Source: Schmidtea polychroa
Taxonomy: Eukaryota
Assembly (NCBI GenBank): GCA_044892525.1
Contig: CM097885.1
Location: 2,544,001-2,608,000, forward strand
DNA: 64,000 nucleotides
Direction: 5' to 3'
Shown: positions 44,301 to 60,100 of the stretch, in pieces
How the letters are laid out: each line of letters begins with the position of its first letter
How positions within the stretch are numbered: position 1 is the stretch's first letter
Made by a program: the position numbers and the translations under genes
The notes under the pieces: model-generated
Seen by the model: only the letters and a program-made list of their open reading frames with translations
Databases searched by the model: none
What the model was told of the DNA's origin: nothing

Positions 44301-47300
44301 TATCTTCCCTATCTGATATCACTGCATATCTTCCCTATCTGATATCGCTGCCCATATCTTCCCTTTCTGATATCACTGCCATTATCTTCCCTATCTGATA
44401 TCACTGCCCTTAATTTCCCTATCTTATATCACTGCCCTTATCTTCCCTATCTGGTATCACTGCCAATATCTTCCCTATCTGATATCAGAGCAAATCTTCC
44501 CTATCTGATATCAATGCCCATATCTTCCCTATCTGATATCACTGCCCATATCTTCCCTACCTGATATCACTGCCAATATCTTCCTTATCTGATATCACTG
44601 CATATCTTCCCTATCTGATATCGCTGCCCATATCTTCCCTATCTGATATCACTGCCAATATCTTCCCTATCTGATATCACTGCATATCTTCCCTATCTGA
44701 TATCGCTGCCCATATCTTCCCTATCTGATATCGCTGCCCATATCTTCCCTATCTGATATCACTGCCAATATCTTCCCTATCTGGTATCACTGCATATCTT
44801 CCCTTTCTGATATCACTGCCCATATCTTCCCTATCTTATATCACTGCCTATATCTTCCCTATCTGATATCACTGCATATCTTCCCTATCTTATATAAATG
44901 CCCATATCTTCCCTATCTGATATCACTGCCCTTAATTTCCCTATCTTATATCACTGCCCTTATCTTCCCTATCTGGTATCACTGCCAATATCTTCCCTAT
45001 CTGATATCAGAGCAAATCTTCCCTATCTGATATCAGAGCAAATCTTCCTTATCTGATATCACTGCCCATATCTTCCCTATCTGATACCGCTGCCCATATC
45101 TTCTCTCTCTGGTATCACTGCCCATATCTTCCCTATCTGATATCAGAGCAAATCTTCCCTATCTTATATCACTGCCCTTATCTTCCCTATCTGATATCAC
45201 TGCCCATATCTTCCCTATCTGATATTGCTGCCCATATCTTCCCTATCTGATATTGCTGCCCATATCTTCCCTATCTGATATCACTGCCCATATCTTCCCT
45301 ATCTGATATCGCTGCCCATATCTTCCCTATCTGATATCACTGCCCATATCTTCCCTATCTGATATCACTGCATATCTTCCCTATCTGATATCGCTGCCCA
45401 TATCTCCCCTATCTGATATCACTGCCAATATCTTCCCTATCTGATATCACTGCATATCTTCCCTATCTGATATCGCTGCCCATATCTTCCCTTTCTGATA
45501 TCACTGCCATTATCTTCCCTATCTGATATCACTGCCCTTAATTTCCCTATCTTATATCACTGCCCTTATCTTCCCTATCTGGTATCACTGCCAATATCTT
45601 CCCTATCTGATATCAGAGCAAATCTTCCCTATCTGATATCAATGCCCATATCTTCCCTATCTGATATCACTGCCCATATCTTCCCTACCTGATATCACTG
45701 CCAATATCTTCCTTATCTGATATCACTGCATATCTTCCCTATCTGATATCGCTGCCCATATCTTCCCTATCTGATATCACTGCCAATATCTTCCCTATCT
45801 GATATCACTGCATATCTTCCCTATCTGATATCGCTGCCCATATCTTCCCTATCTGATATCGCTGCCCATATCTTCCCTATCTGATATCACTGCCAATATC
45901 TTCCCTATCTATTATCACTGCATATCTTCCCTTTCTGATATCACTGCCCATATCTTCCCTATCTTATATCACTGCCTATATCTTCCCTATCTGATATCAC
46001 TGCATATCTTCCCTATCTTATATAAATGCCCATATCTTCCCTATCTGATATCACTGCCCTTAATTTCCCTATCTTATATCACTGCCCTTATCTTCCCTAT
46101 CTGGTATCACTGCCAATATCTTCCCTATCTGATATCAGAGCAAATCTTCCCTATCTGATATCAGAGCAAATCTTCCTTATCTGATATCACTGCCCATATC
46201 TTCCCTATCTGATATCGCTGCCCATATCTTCTCTCTCTGGTATCACTGCCCATATCTTCCCTATCTGATATCAGAGCAAATCTTCCCTATCTTATATCAC
46301 TGCCCTTATCTTCCCTATCTGGTATCACTGCCAATATCTTCCCTATCTGATATCAGAGCAAATCTTCCCTATCTGATATCAGAGCAAATCTTCCTTATCT
46401 GATATCACTGCCCATATCTTCCCTATCTGATATCACTGCCCATATCTTCCCTATCTGATATCACGGCATATCTTCCCTATCTGATATCACTGCCAATATC
46501 TTCCCTATCTGACATCACTGCCTATATCTTCCCTATCTGATATCACTGCATATCTTCCCTATCTGATATCACTGCATATCTTCCCTATCTGATATCACTG
46601 CCCATATCTTCCCTATCTGATATCGCTGCCCATATCTTCTCTCTCTGGTATCACTGCCCATATCTTCCCTATCTGATATCAGAGCAAATCTTCCCTATCT
46701 TATATCACTGCCCTTATCTTCCCTATCTGGTATCACTGCCAATATCTTCCCTATCTGATATCAGAGCAAATCTTCCCTATCTGATATCAGAGCAAATCTT
46801 CCTTATCTGATATCAGAGCAAATCTTCCTTATCTGATATCACTGCCCATATCTTCCCTATCTGATATCGCTGCCCATATCTTCTCTCTCTGGTATCACTG
46901 CCCATATCTTCCCTATCTGATATCAGAGCAAATCTTCCCTATCTTATATCACTGCCCTTATCTTCCCTATCTGGTATCACTGCCAATATCTTCCCTATCT
47001 GATATCAGAGCAAATCTTCCCTATCTGATATCAGAGCAAATCTTCCTTATCTGATATCACTGCCCATATCTTCCCTATCTGATATCACTGCCCATATCTT
47101 CCCTATCTGATATCACGGCATATCTTCCCTATCTGATATCACTGCCAATATCTTCCCTATCTGACATCACTGCCTATATCTTCCCTATCTGATATCACTG
47201 CATATCTTCCCTATCTGATATCACTGCATATCTTCCCTATCTGATATCACTGCCCATATCTTCCCTATCTGATATCACTACATATCTTCCCTATCTGATA

Positions 47301-48980
47301 TCACTCCCCATATCTTCCCTATCTGATATCGCTGCATATCTTCCCTATCTGATATCACTGCCCATATCTTCCCTATCTGATATCACTGCCCATATCTTCC
47401 CTATCTGATATCACTGCATATCTTCATTATCTGATATCACTGCCCATATCTTCCCTATCTGATATCGCTGCCCATATCTTCCCTATCTGATATCACTGCC
47501 CATATCTTCCCTATCTGATATCACTGCCTTACCTTCCCTATCTGATATCACTGCCCATATCTTCCCTATCTGACATCACTGCCTATATCTTCCCTGTCTG
47601 ATATCACTGCCCACATCTTCCCTATCTGATATCACTGCATATCTTCCCTATCTAATATCGCGGCCCATATCTTCCCTATCTGATATCGCTGCCCATATCT
47701 TCCCTATCTGATATCGCTGCCCATATCTTCCCTATCTGATATCACTGTCCATATCTTCCCTATCTGATATCGCTGCCCATATCTTCCCTATCTGATATCA
47801 CTGCATATCTTCCCTTTCTGATATCACTGCCCATATCTTCCCTATCTGATATCACTGCCCATATCCTCCTTATCTGATATCACTGCCCATATCTTCCCTA
47901 TCTGACATCACTGCCCATATCTTCCCTGTCTGATATCACTGCCCACATCTTCCCTATCTGATATCACTGCATATCTTCCCTATCTAATATCGCGGCCCAT
48001 ATCTTCCCTATCTGATATCGCTGCCCATATCTTCCCTATCTGATATCGCTGCCCATATCTTCCCTATCTGATATCACTGTCCATATCTTCCCTATCTGAT
48101 ATCGCTGCCCATATCTTCCCTATCTGATATCACTGCATATCTTACCTATCTGATATCACTGCCCATATCTTTCCTATCTGATATCACTGCCCATATCTTC
48201 CCTATCTGATATCACTGCATATTTTCCCTATCTGATATCACTGCATATCTTCCCTATCTGATATCACTGCCCATATCTTCCCTATCTGATATCACTGCCC
48301 ATATCTTCCCTATCTGATATCGCTGCCCATATCTTCCCTATCTGATATCGCTGCCCATATCTTCCCTATCTCATATCACTGTCCATATCTTCCTTATCTG
48401 ATATCGCTGCCCATATCTTCCCTATCTGGTATCACTGCCAATATCTTCCCTATCTGATATCACTGCATATCTTCCCTATCTGATATCGCTGCCCATATCT
48501 TCCCTATCTGATATCGCTGCCCATATCTTCCCTATCTGATATGACTGCCAATATCTTCCCTATCTGATATCACTGCATATCTTCCCTATCTGATATCGCT
48601 GCCCATATCTTCCCTATCTGATATCGCTGCCCATATCTTCCCTATCTGATATCACTGCATATCTTCCCTATCTGATATCACTGCCCATATCTTCCCTATC
48701 TGATATCACTACCCATATCTTCCCTATCTGATATCACTGCATATCTTCCCTATCTGATATCACTGCCCATATCTTCCCTATCTGATATCACTACCCATAT
48801 CTTCCCTATCTGATATCACTGCTCATATCTTCCCTATCTGATATCACTGCAAATCTTCCCTATCTGACATCACTGCCCATATCTTCCCTATCTGATATCA
48901 CTGCCCATATCTTCCCTATCTGACATCACTGCCCATATCTTCCCTATATGATATCACTGCCCATGTCTTCCTTATCTGAC
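41341..48980 (+). repeat. Mosaic satellite zone with short local duplications and no single long period
   Basis: The ATG of the TATATAAATGCCC marker lies at 41241, 41763, 44898 and 46026 (spacings 522, 3135, 1128). GAGCAAATC monomers are dense at 46.1-47.05 kb. Confidence 0.7.
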
Positions 48981-51900
48981 ATCACTGCCCATATCTTCCC
49001 TATCTGATATCACTGCATATCTTCCCTATCTGATATCACTGCAAATCTTCCCTATCTGATATCACTGCCCATATCTTCCCTATCTGACATCACTGCCCAT
49101 ATCTTCCCTATCTGATATCACTGCCCATATCTTCCCTATCTGACATCACTGCCCATATCTTCCTTATCTGATATCACTGCCCATATCTTCCCTATCTGAT
49201 ATCACTGCCCATATCTTCCCTATCTGATATCACTGCCCATATCTTCCCTATCTGATATCACTGCCCATATCTTCCCTATCTGATATTGCTGCCCATATCT
49301 TCCCTATCTGATATTGCTGCCCATATCTTCCCTATCTGATATCACTGCCCATATCTTCCCTATCTGATATCGCTGCCCATATCTTCCCTATCTGATATCA
49401 CTGCCCATATCTTCCCTATCTGATATCACTGCATATCTTCCCTATCTGATATCGCTGCCCATATCTCCCCTATCTGATATCACTGCCAATATCTTCCCTA
49501 TCTGATATCACTGCATATCTTCCCTATCTGATATCGCTGCCCATATCTTCCCTATCTGATATCACTGCCATTATCTTCCCTATCTGATATCACTGCATAT
49601 CTTCCCTATCTGATATCGCTGCCCATATCTTCCCTATCTGATATCACTGCCAATATCTTCCCTATCTGGTATCACTGCATATCTTCCCTTTCTGATATCA
49701 CTGCCCATATCTTCCTTATCTGATATCACTGCCTATATCTTCCCTATCTGATATCACTGCATATCTTCCTTATCTGATATCACTGCCCTTAATTTCCTTA
49801 TCTGATATCACTGCCCTTATCTTCCCTATCTGGTATCACTGCATATCTTCCCTTTCTGATATCACTGCCCATATCTTCCCTATCTGATATCACTGCCTAT
49901 ATCTTCCCTATCTGATATCACTGCATATCTTCCCTATCTGATATCACTGCCCTTAATTTCCCTATCTGATATTACTGCCCATATCTTCCCTATCTGATAT
50001 CAGAGCGAATCTTCCCTATCTGATATTACTGCCCTTATTTTCCCTATCTGGTATCACTGCCCTTAATTTCCCTATCTGATATCACTGCCCATATATTCCC
50101 TATCTGATATAAGAGCAAATCTTCCCTATCTGATATTACTGCCCTTATCTTCCCTATCTAGTATCACTGCCCTGTATTTCCCTATCTGATATCACTGCCC
50201 ATATCTTCCCTATCTGATATCAGAGCAAATCTTCCCTATCTGATATCGCTGCCTATATCTTCCCTATCTGATATTGCTGCCCATATCTTCCCTATCTGAT
50301 ATCACTGCCCATATCTTCCCTATCTGATATCACTGCATATCTTCCCTATCTGATATCACTGCCCATATCTTCCCTATCTGATATCGCTGCCCATATCTTC
50401 CCTATCTGATATCACTGCATATCTTCCCTATCTGATATCACTGCCCATATCTTCCATATCTGATATCACTGCCCATATCTTCCCTATCTGATATCACTGC
50501 ATATCTTCCCTATCTGACATCACTGCCCATATCTTCCCTATCTGACATCACTGCCCATATCTTCCCTATCTGATATCACTGCCCATATCTTCTCTATCTG
50601 ATATCACTGCCTATATCTTTCCTATCTGATATCACTGCCCATATCTTCCCTATCTGATATCACTGCATATCTTCCCTATCTGATATCACTGCCCATATCT
50701 TCCCTATCTGATATCACTGCATATCTTCCCTATCTGATATCACTGCCCATATCTTCCCTATCTGATATCACTGCCCATATCTTCCCTATCTGATATCACT
50801 GCCCATATCTTCCCTATCTGATATCACTGCATATCTTCCCTATCTGATATCACTGCCCATATCTTCCATATCTGATATCACTGCCCATATCTTCCCTATC
50901 TGATATCACTGCATATCTTCCCTATCTGATATCACTGCCCATATCTTCCCTATCTGATATCACTGCATATCTTCCCTATCTGATATCGCTGCCCATATCT
51001 TCCCTATCTGATATCACTGCCAATGTCTTCCCTATCTGATATCACTGCATATCTTCCCTATCTGATATCGCTGCCCATATCTTCCCTATCTGATATCGCT
51101 GCCCATATCTTCCCTATCTGATATCACTGCCAATATCTTCCCTATCTGGTATCACTGCATATCTTCCCTTTCTGATATCACTGCCCATATCTTCCCTATC
51201 TTATATCACTGCCTATATCTTCCCTATCTGATATCACTGCATATCTTCCCTATCTTATATAAATGCCCATATCTTCCCTATCTGATATCACTGCCCTTAT
51301 TTTCCCTATCTTATATCACTGCCCTTATCTTCCCTATCTGGTATCACTGCCAATATCTTCCCTGTCTGATATCAGAGCAAATCTTCCCTATCTGATATCA
51401 ATGCCCATATCTTCCCTATCTGATATCACTGCCCTTAATTTCCCTATCTTATATCACTGCCCTTATCTTCCCTATCTGGTATCACTGCCAATATCTTCCC
51501 TATCTGATATCAGAGCAAATCCTCCCTATCTGATATCAGAGCAAATCTTCCTTATCTGATATCACTGCCCATATCTTCCCTATCTGATATCGCTGCCCAT
51601 ATCTTCTCTCTCTGGTATCACTGCCCATATCTTCCCTATCTGATATCAGAGCAAATCTTCCTTATCTGATATCACTGCCCATATCTTCCCTATCTGATAT
51701 CACGGCATATCTTCCCTATCTGATATCACTGCCAATATCTTCCCTATCTGATATCACTGCCTATATCTTCCCTATCTGATATCACTGCATATCTTCCCTA
51801 TCTGTTATCACTGCATATCTTCCCTATCTGATATCACTGCCCATATCTTCCCTATCTGATATCACTACATATCTTCCCTATCTGATATCACTCCCCATAT

Positions 51901-54900
51901 CTTCCCTATCTGATATCGCTGCATATCTTCCCTATCTGATATCACTGCCCATATCTTCCCTATCTGATATCACTGCCCATATCTTCCCTATCTGACATCA
52001 TTGCCCATACCTTCCCTATCTGATATCACTGCCCATATCTTCCCTATCTGATATCACTGCCCACATCTTCCTTATCTGATATCGCTGCCCATATCTTCCC
52101 TATCTGATATCACTGCATATCTTCCCTATCTGATATCACTGCCCATATCTTCCATATCTGATATCACTGCCCATATCTTCCCTATCTGATATCACTGCAT
52201 ATCTTCCCTATCTGACATCACTGCCCATATCTTCCCTATCTGACATCACTGCCCATATCTTCCCTATCTGATATCACTGCCCATATCTTCTCTATCTGAT
52301 ATCACTGCCTATATCTTTCCTATCTGATATCACTGCCCATATCTTCCCTATCTGATATCACTGCATATCTTCCCTATCTGATATCACTGCCCATATCTTC
52401 CCTATCTGATATCACTGCATATCTTCCCTATCTGATATCACTGCCCATATCTTCCCTATCTGATATCACTGCCCATATCTTCCCTATCTGATATCACTGC
52501 CCATATCTTCCCTATCTGATATCACTGCATATCTTCCCTATCTGATATCACTGCCCATATCTTCCCTATCTGATATCACTGCATATCTTCCCTATCTGAT
52601 ATCGCTGCCCATATCTTCCCTATCTGATATCACTGCCAATATCTTCCCTATCTGATATCACTGCATATCTTCCCTATCTGATATCGCTGCCCATATCTTC
52701 CCTATCTGATATCGCTGCCCATATCTTCCCTATCTGATATCACTGCCAATATCTTTCCTATCTGGTATCACTGCATATCTTCCCTTTCTGATATCACTGC
52801 CCATATCTTCCCTATCTTATATCACTGCCTATATCTTCCCTATCTGATATCACTGCATATCTTCCCTATCTTATATAAATGCCCATATCTTCCCTATCTG
52901 ATATCACTGCCCTTATTTTCCCTATCTTATATCACTGCCCTTATCTTCCCTATCTGGTATCACTGCCAATATCTTCCCTGTCTGATATCAGAGCAAATCT
53001 TCCCTATCTGATATCAATGCCCATATCTTCCCTATCTGATATCACTGCCCCTAATTTCCCTATCTTAAATCACTGCCCTTATCTTCCCTATCTGGTATCA
53101 CTGCCAATATCTTCCCTATCTGATATCAGAGCAAATCTTCCCTATCTGATATCAGAGCAAATCTTCCTTATCTGATATCACTGCCCATATCTTCCCTATC
53201 TGATATCGCTGCCCATATCTTCTCTCTCTGGTATCACTGCCCATATCTTCCCTATCTGATATCAGAGCAAATCTTCCTTATCTGATATCACTGCCCATAT
53301 CTTCCCTATCTGATATCACGGCATATCTTCCCTATCTGATATCACTGCCAATATCTTCCCTATCTGATATCACTGCCTATATCTTCCCTATCTGATATCA
53401 CTGCATATCTTCCCTATCTGATATCACTGCATATCTTCCCTATCTGATATCACTGCCCATATCTTCCCTATCTGATATCACTACATATCTTCCCTATCTG
53501 ATATCACTCCCCATATCTTCCCTATCTGATATCGCTGCATATCTTCCCTATCTGATATCACTGCCCATATCTTCCCTATCTGATATCACTGCCCATATCT
53601 TCCCTATCTGACATCATTGCCCATACCTTCCCTATCTGATATCACTGCCCATATCTTCCCTATCTGATATCACTGCCCATATCTTCCCTATCTGATATCA
53701 CTGCATATCTTCATTATCTGATATCACTGCCCATATCTTCCCTATCTGATATCACTGCCCATATCTTCCCTATCTGATATGACTGCATATCTTCCCTATC
53801 TGATATCGCTGCCCATATCTTCCCTATCTGATATCACTGCCTATATCTTCCCTATCTGATATCGCTGCCCATATCTTCCCTATCTGATATCGCTGCCCAT
53901 ATCTTCCCTATCTGATATCACTGCCCATATCTTCCCTATCTGAAATCACTGCCTTACCTTCCCTATCTGATATCACTGCCCATATCTTCCCTATCTGACA
54001 TCACTGCCCATATCTTCCCTATCTGACATCACTGCCCATATCTTCCCTGTCTGATATCACTGCCCACATCTTCCCTATCTGATATCACTGCATATCTTCC
54101 CTATCTAATATCGCGGCCCATATCTTCCCTCTCTGATATCGCTGCCCATATCTTCCCTATCTGATATCGCTGCCCATATCTTCCCTATCTGATATCACTG
54201 TCCATATCTTCCCTATCTGATATCGCTGCCCATATCTTCCCTATCTGATATCACTGCATATCTTCCCTTTCTGATATCACTGCCCATATCTTCCCTATCT
54301 GATATCAGAGCAAATCTTCCTTATCTGATATCACTGCCCATATCTTCCCTATCTGATATCGCTGCCCATATCTTCTCTCTCTGGTATCACTGCCCATATC
54401 TTCCCTATCTGATATCAGAGCAAATCTTCCTTATCTGATATCACTGCCCATATCTTCCCTATCTGATATCACGGCATATCTTCCCTATCTGATATCACTG
54501 CCAATATCTTCCCTATCTGATATCACTGCCTATATCTTCCCTATCTGATATCACTGCATATCTTCCCTATCTGTTATCACTGCATATCTTCCCTATCTGA
54601 TATCACTGCCCATATCTTCCCTATCTGATATCACTACATATCTTCCCTATCTGATATCACTCCCCATATCTTCCCTATCTGATATCGCTGCATATCTTCC
54701 CTATCTGATATCACTGCCCATATCTTCCCTATCTGATATCACTGCCCATATCTTCCCTATCTGACATCATTGCCCATACCTTCCCTATCTGATATCACTG
54801 CCCATATCTTCCCTATCTGATATCACTGCCCACATCTTCCTTATCTGATATCGCTGCCCATATCTTCCCTATCTGATATCACTGCATATCTTCCCTATCT

Positions 54901-57182
54901 GATATCACTGCCCATATCTTCCATATCTGATATCACTGCCCATATCTTCCCTATCTGATATCACTGCATATCTTCTTTATCTGACATCACTGCCCATATC
55001 TTCCCTATCTGACATCACTGCCCATATCTTCCCTATCTGATATCACTGCCCATATCTTCTCTATCTGATATCACTGCCTATATCTTTCCTATCTGATATC
55101 ACTGCCCATATCTTCCCTATCTGATATCACTGCATATCTTCCCTATCTGATATCACTGCCCATATCTTCCCTATCTGATATCACTGCATATCTTCCCTAT
55201 CTGATATCACTGCCCATATCTTCCCTATCTGATATCACTGCCCATATCTTCCCTATCTGATATCACTGCCCATATCTTCCCTATCTGATATCACTGCATA
55301 TCTTCCCTATCTGATATCACTGCCCATATCTTCCATATCTGATATCACTGCCCATATCTTCCCTATCTGATATCACTGCATATCTTCCCTATCTGATATC
55401 ACTGCCCATATCTTCCCTATCTGATATCACTGCATATCTTCCCTATCTGATATCGCTGCCCATATCTTCCCTATCTGATATCACTGCCAATATCTTCCCT
55501 ATCTGATATCACTGCATATCTTCCCTATCTGATATCGCTGCCCATATCTTCCCTATCTGATATCGCTGCCCATATCTTCCCTATCTGATATCACTGCCAA
55601 TATCTTTCCTATCTGGTATCACTGCATATCTTCCCTTTCTGATATCACTGCCCATATCTTCCCTATCTTATATCACTGCCTATATCTTCCCTATCTGATA
55701 TCACTGCATATCTTCCCTATCTTATATAAATGCCCATATCTTCCCTATCTGATATCACTGCCCTTATTTTCCCTATCTTATATCACTGCCCTTATCTTCC
55801 CTATCTGGTATCACTGCCAATATCTTCCCTGTCTGATATCAGAGCAAATCTTCCCTATCTGATATCAATGCCCATATCTTCCCTATCTGATATCACTGCC
55901 CTTAATTTCCCTATCTTAAATCACTGCCCTTATCTTCCCTATCTGGTATCACTGCCAATATCTTCCCTATCTGATATCAGAGCAAATCTTCCCTATCTGA
56001 TATCAGAGCAAATCTTCCTTATCTGATATCACTGCCCATATCTTCCCTATCTGATATCGCTGCCCATATCTTCTCTCTCTGGTATCACTGCCCATATCTT
56101 CCCTATCTGATATCAGAGCAAATCTTCCTTATCTGATATCACTGCCCATATCTTCCCTATCTGATATCACGGCATATCTTCCCTATCTGATATCACTGCC
56201 AATATCTTCCCTATCTGATATCACTGCCTATATCTTCCCTATCTGATATCACTGCATATCTTCCCTATCTGATATCACTGCATATCTTCCCTATCTGATA
56301 TCATTGCCCATATCTTCCCTATCTGATATCACTACATATCTTCCCTATCTGATATCACTCCCCATATCTTCCCTATCTGATATCGCTGCATATCTTCCCT
56401 ATCTGATATCACTGCCCATATCTTCCCTATCTGATATCACTGCCCATATCTTCCCTATCTGACATCATTGCCCATACCTTCCCTATCTGATATCACTGCC
56501 CATATCTTCCCTATCTGATATCACTGCCCATATCTTCCCTATCTGATATCACTGCATATCTTCATTATCTGATATCACTGCCCATATCTTCCCTATCTGA
56601 TATCACTGCCCATATCTTCCCTATCTGATATGACTGCATATCTTCCCTATCTGATATCGCTGCCCATATCTTCCCTATCTGATATCACTGCCTATATCTT
56701 CCCTATCTGATATCGCTGCCCATATCTTCCCTATCTGATATCGCTGCCCATATCTTCCCTATCTGATATCACTGCCCATATCTTCCCTATCTGAAATCAC
56801 TGCCTTACCTTCCCTATCTGATATCACTGCCCATATCTTCCCTATCTGACATCACTGCCCATATCTTCCCTATCTGACATCACTGCCCATATCTTCCCTG
56901 TCTGATATCACTGCCCACATCTTCCCTATCTGATATCACTGCATATCTTCCCTATCTAATATCGCGGCCCATATCTTCCCTCTCTGATATCGCTGCCCAT
57001 ATCTTCCCTATCTGATATCGCTGCCCATATCTTCCCTATCTGATATCACTGTCCATATCTTCCCTATCTGATATCGCTGCCCATATCTTCCCTATCTGAT
57101 ATCACTGCATATCTTCCCTTTCTGATATCACTGCCCATATCTTCCCTATCTCATATCACTGCCCATATCCTCCCTATCTGAT
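48981..57182 (+). repeat. 8,202-bp HOR, copy 1 (internal 1,616- and 2,851-bp periods)
   Basis: CAGAGCGAAT 50001/58203; AAGAGC 50111/58313; ORF-track twins 51263/59465 and 52879/61081; ATG marker 55730/63932. Internal spacings 51263 to 52879 to 55730. Confidence 0.93.
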
Positions 57183-60100
57183 ATCACTGCCCATATCTTC
57201 CCTATCTGATATCACTGCATATCTTCCCTATCTGATATCACTGCAAATCTTCCCTATCTGATATCACTGCCCATATCTTCCCTATCTGACATCACTGCCC
57301 ATATCTTCCCTATCTGATATCACTGCCCATATCTTCCCTATCTGACATCACTGCCCATATCTTCCTTATCTGATATCACTGCCCATATCTTCCCTATCTG
57401 ATATCACTGCCCATATCTTCCCTATCTGATATCACTGCCCATATCTTCCCTATCTGATATCACTGCCCATATCTTCCCTATCTGATATTGCTGCCCATAT
57501 CTTCCCTATCTGATATTGCTGCCCATATCTTCCCTATCTGATATCACTGCCCATATCTTCCCTATCTGATATCGCTGCCCATATCTTCCCTATCTGATAT
57601 CACTGCCCATATCTTCCCTATCTGATATCACTGCATATCTTCCCTATCTGATATCGCTGCCCATATCTCCCCTATCTGATATCACTGCCAATATCTTCCC
57701 TATCTGATATCACTGCATATCTTCCCTATCTGATATCGCTGCCCATATCTTCCCTATCTGATATCACTGCCATTATCTTCCCTATCTGATATCACTGCAT
57801 ATCTTCCCTATCTGATATCGCTGCCCATATCTTCCCTATCTGATATCACTGCCAATATCTTCCCTATCTGGTATCACTGCATATCTTCCCTTTCTGATAT
57901 CACTGCCCATATCTTCCTTATCTGATATCACTGCCTATATCTTCCCTATCTGATATCACTGCATATCTTCCTTATCTGATATCACTGCCCTTAATTTCCT
58001 TATCTGATATCACTGCCCTTATCTTCCCTATCTGGTATCACTGCATATCTTCCCTTTCTGATATCACTGCCCATATCTTCCCTATCTGATATCACTGCCT
58101 ATATCTTCCCTATCTGATATCACTGCATATCTTCCCTATCTGATATCACTGCCCTTAATTTCCCTATCTGATATTACTGCCCATATCTTCCCTATCTGAT
58201 ATCAGAGCGAATCTTCCCTATCTGATATTACTGCCCTTATTTTCCCTATCTGGTATCACTGCCCTTAATTTCCCTATCTGATATCACTGCCCATATATTC
58301 CCTATCTGATATAAGAGCAAATCTTCCCTATCTGATATTACTGCCCTTATCTTCCCTATCTGGTATCACTGCCCTGTATTTCCCTATCTGATATCACTGC
58401 CCATATCTTCCCTATCTGATATCAGAGCAAATCTTCCCTATCTGATATCGCTGCCTATATCTTCCCTATCTGATATTGCTGCCCATATCTTCCCTATCTG
58501 ATATCACTGCCCATATCTTCCCTATCTGATATCACTGCATATCTTCCCTATCTGATATCACTGCCCATATCTTCCCTATCTGATATCGCTGCCCATATCT
58601 TCCCTATCTGATATCACTGCATATCTTCCCTATCTGATATCACTGCCCATATCTTCCATATCTGATATCACTGCCCATATCTTCCCTATCTGATATCACT
58701 GCATATCTTCCCTATCTGACATCACTGCCCATATCTTCCCTATCTGACATCACTGCCCATATCTTCCCTATCTGATATCACTGCCCATATCTTCTCTATC
58801 TGATATCACTGCCTATATCTTTCCTATCTGATATCACTGCCCATATCTTCCCTATCTGATATCACTGCATATCTTCCCTATCTGATATCACTGCCCATAT
58901 CTTCCCTATCTGATATCACTGCATATCTTCCCTATCTGATATCACTGCCCATATCTTCCCTATCTGATATCACTGCCCATATCTTCCCTATCTGATATCA
59001 CTGCCCATATCTTCCCTATCTGATATCACTGCATATCTTCCCTATCTGATATCACTGCCCATATCTTCCATATCTGATATCACTGCCCATATCTTCCCTA
59101 TCTGATATCACTGCATATCTTCCCTATCTGATATCACTGCCCATATCTTCCCTATCTGATATCACTGCATATCTTCCCTATCTGATATCGCTGCCCATAT
59201 CTTCCCTATCTGATATCACTGCCAATGTCTTCCCTATCTGATATCACTGCATATCTTCCCTATCTGATATCGCTGCCCATATCTTCCCTATCTGATATCG
59301 CTGCCCATATCTTCCCTATCTGATATCACTGCCAATATCTTCCCTATCTGGTATCACTGCATATCTTCCCTTTCTGATATCACTGCCCATATCTTCCCTA
59401 TCTTATATCACTGCCTATATCTTCCCTATCTGATATCACTGCATATCTTCCCTATCTTATATAAATGCCCATATCTTCCCTATCTGATATCACTGCCCTT
59501 ATTTTCCCTATCTTATATCACTGCCCTTATCTTCCCTATCTGGTATCACTGCCAATATCTTCCCTGTCTGATATCAGAGCAAATCTTCCCTATCTGATAT
59601 CAATGCCCATATCTTCCCTATCTGATATCACTGCCCTTAATTTCCCTATCTTATATCACTGCCCTTATCTTCCCTATCTGGTATCACTGCCAATATCTTC
59701 CCTATCTGATATCAGAGCAAATCCTCCCTATCTGATATCAGAGCAAATCTTCTTTATCTGATATCACTGCCCATATCTTCCCTATCTGATATCGCTGCCC
59801 ATATCTTCTCTCTCTGGTATCACTGCCCATATCTTCCCTATCTGATATCAGAGCAAATCTTCCTTATCTGATATCACTGCCCATATCTTCCCTATCTGAT
59901 ATCACGGCATATCTTCCCTATCTGATATCACTGCCAATATCTTCCCTATCTGATATCACTGCCTATATCTTCCCTATCTGATATCACTGCATATCTTCCC
60001 TATCTGTTATCACTGCATATCTTCCCTATCTGATATCACTGCCCATATCTTCCCTATCTGATATCACTACATATCTTCCCTATCTGATATCACTCCCCAT

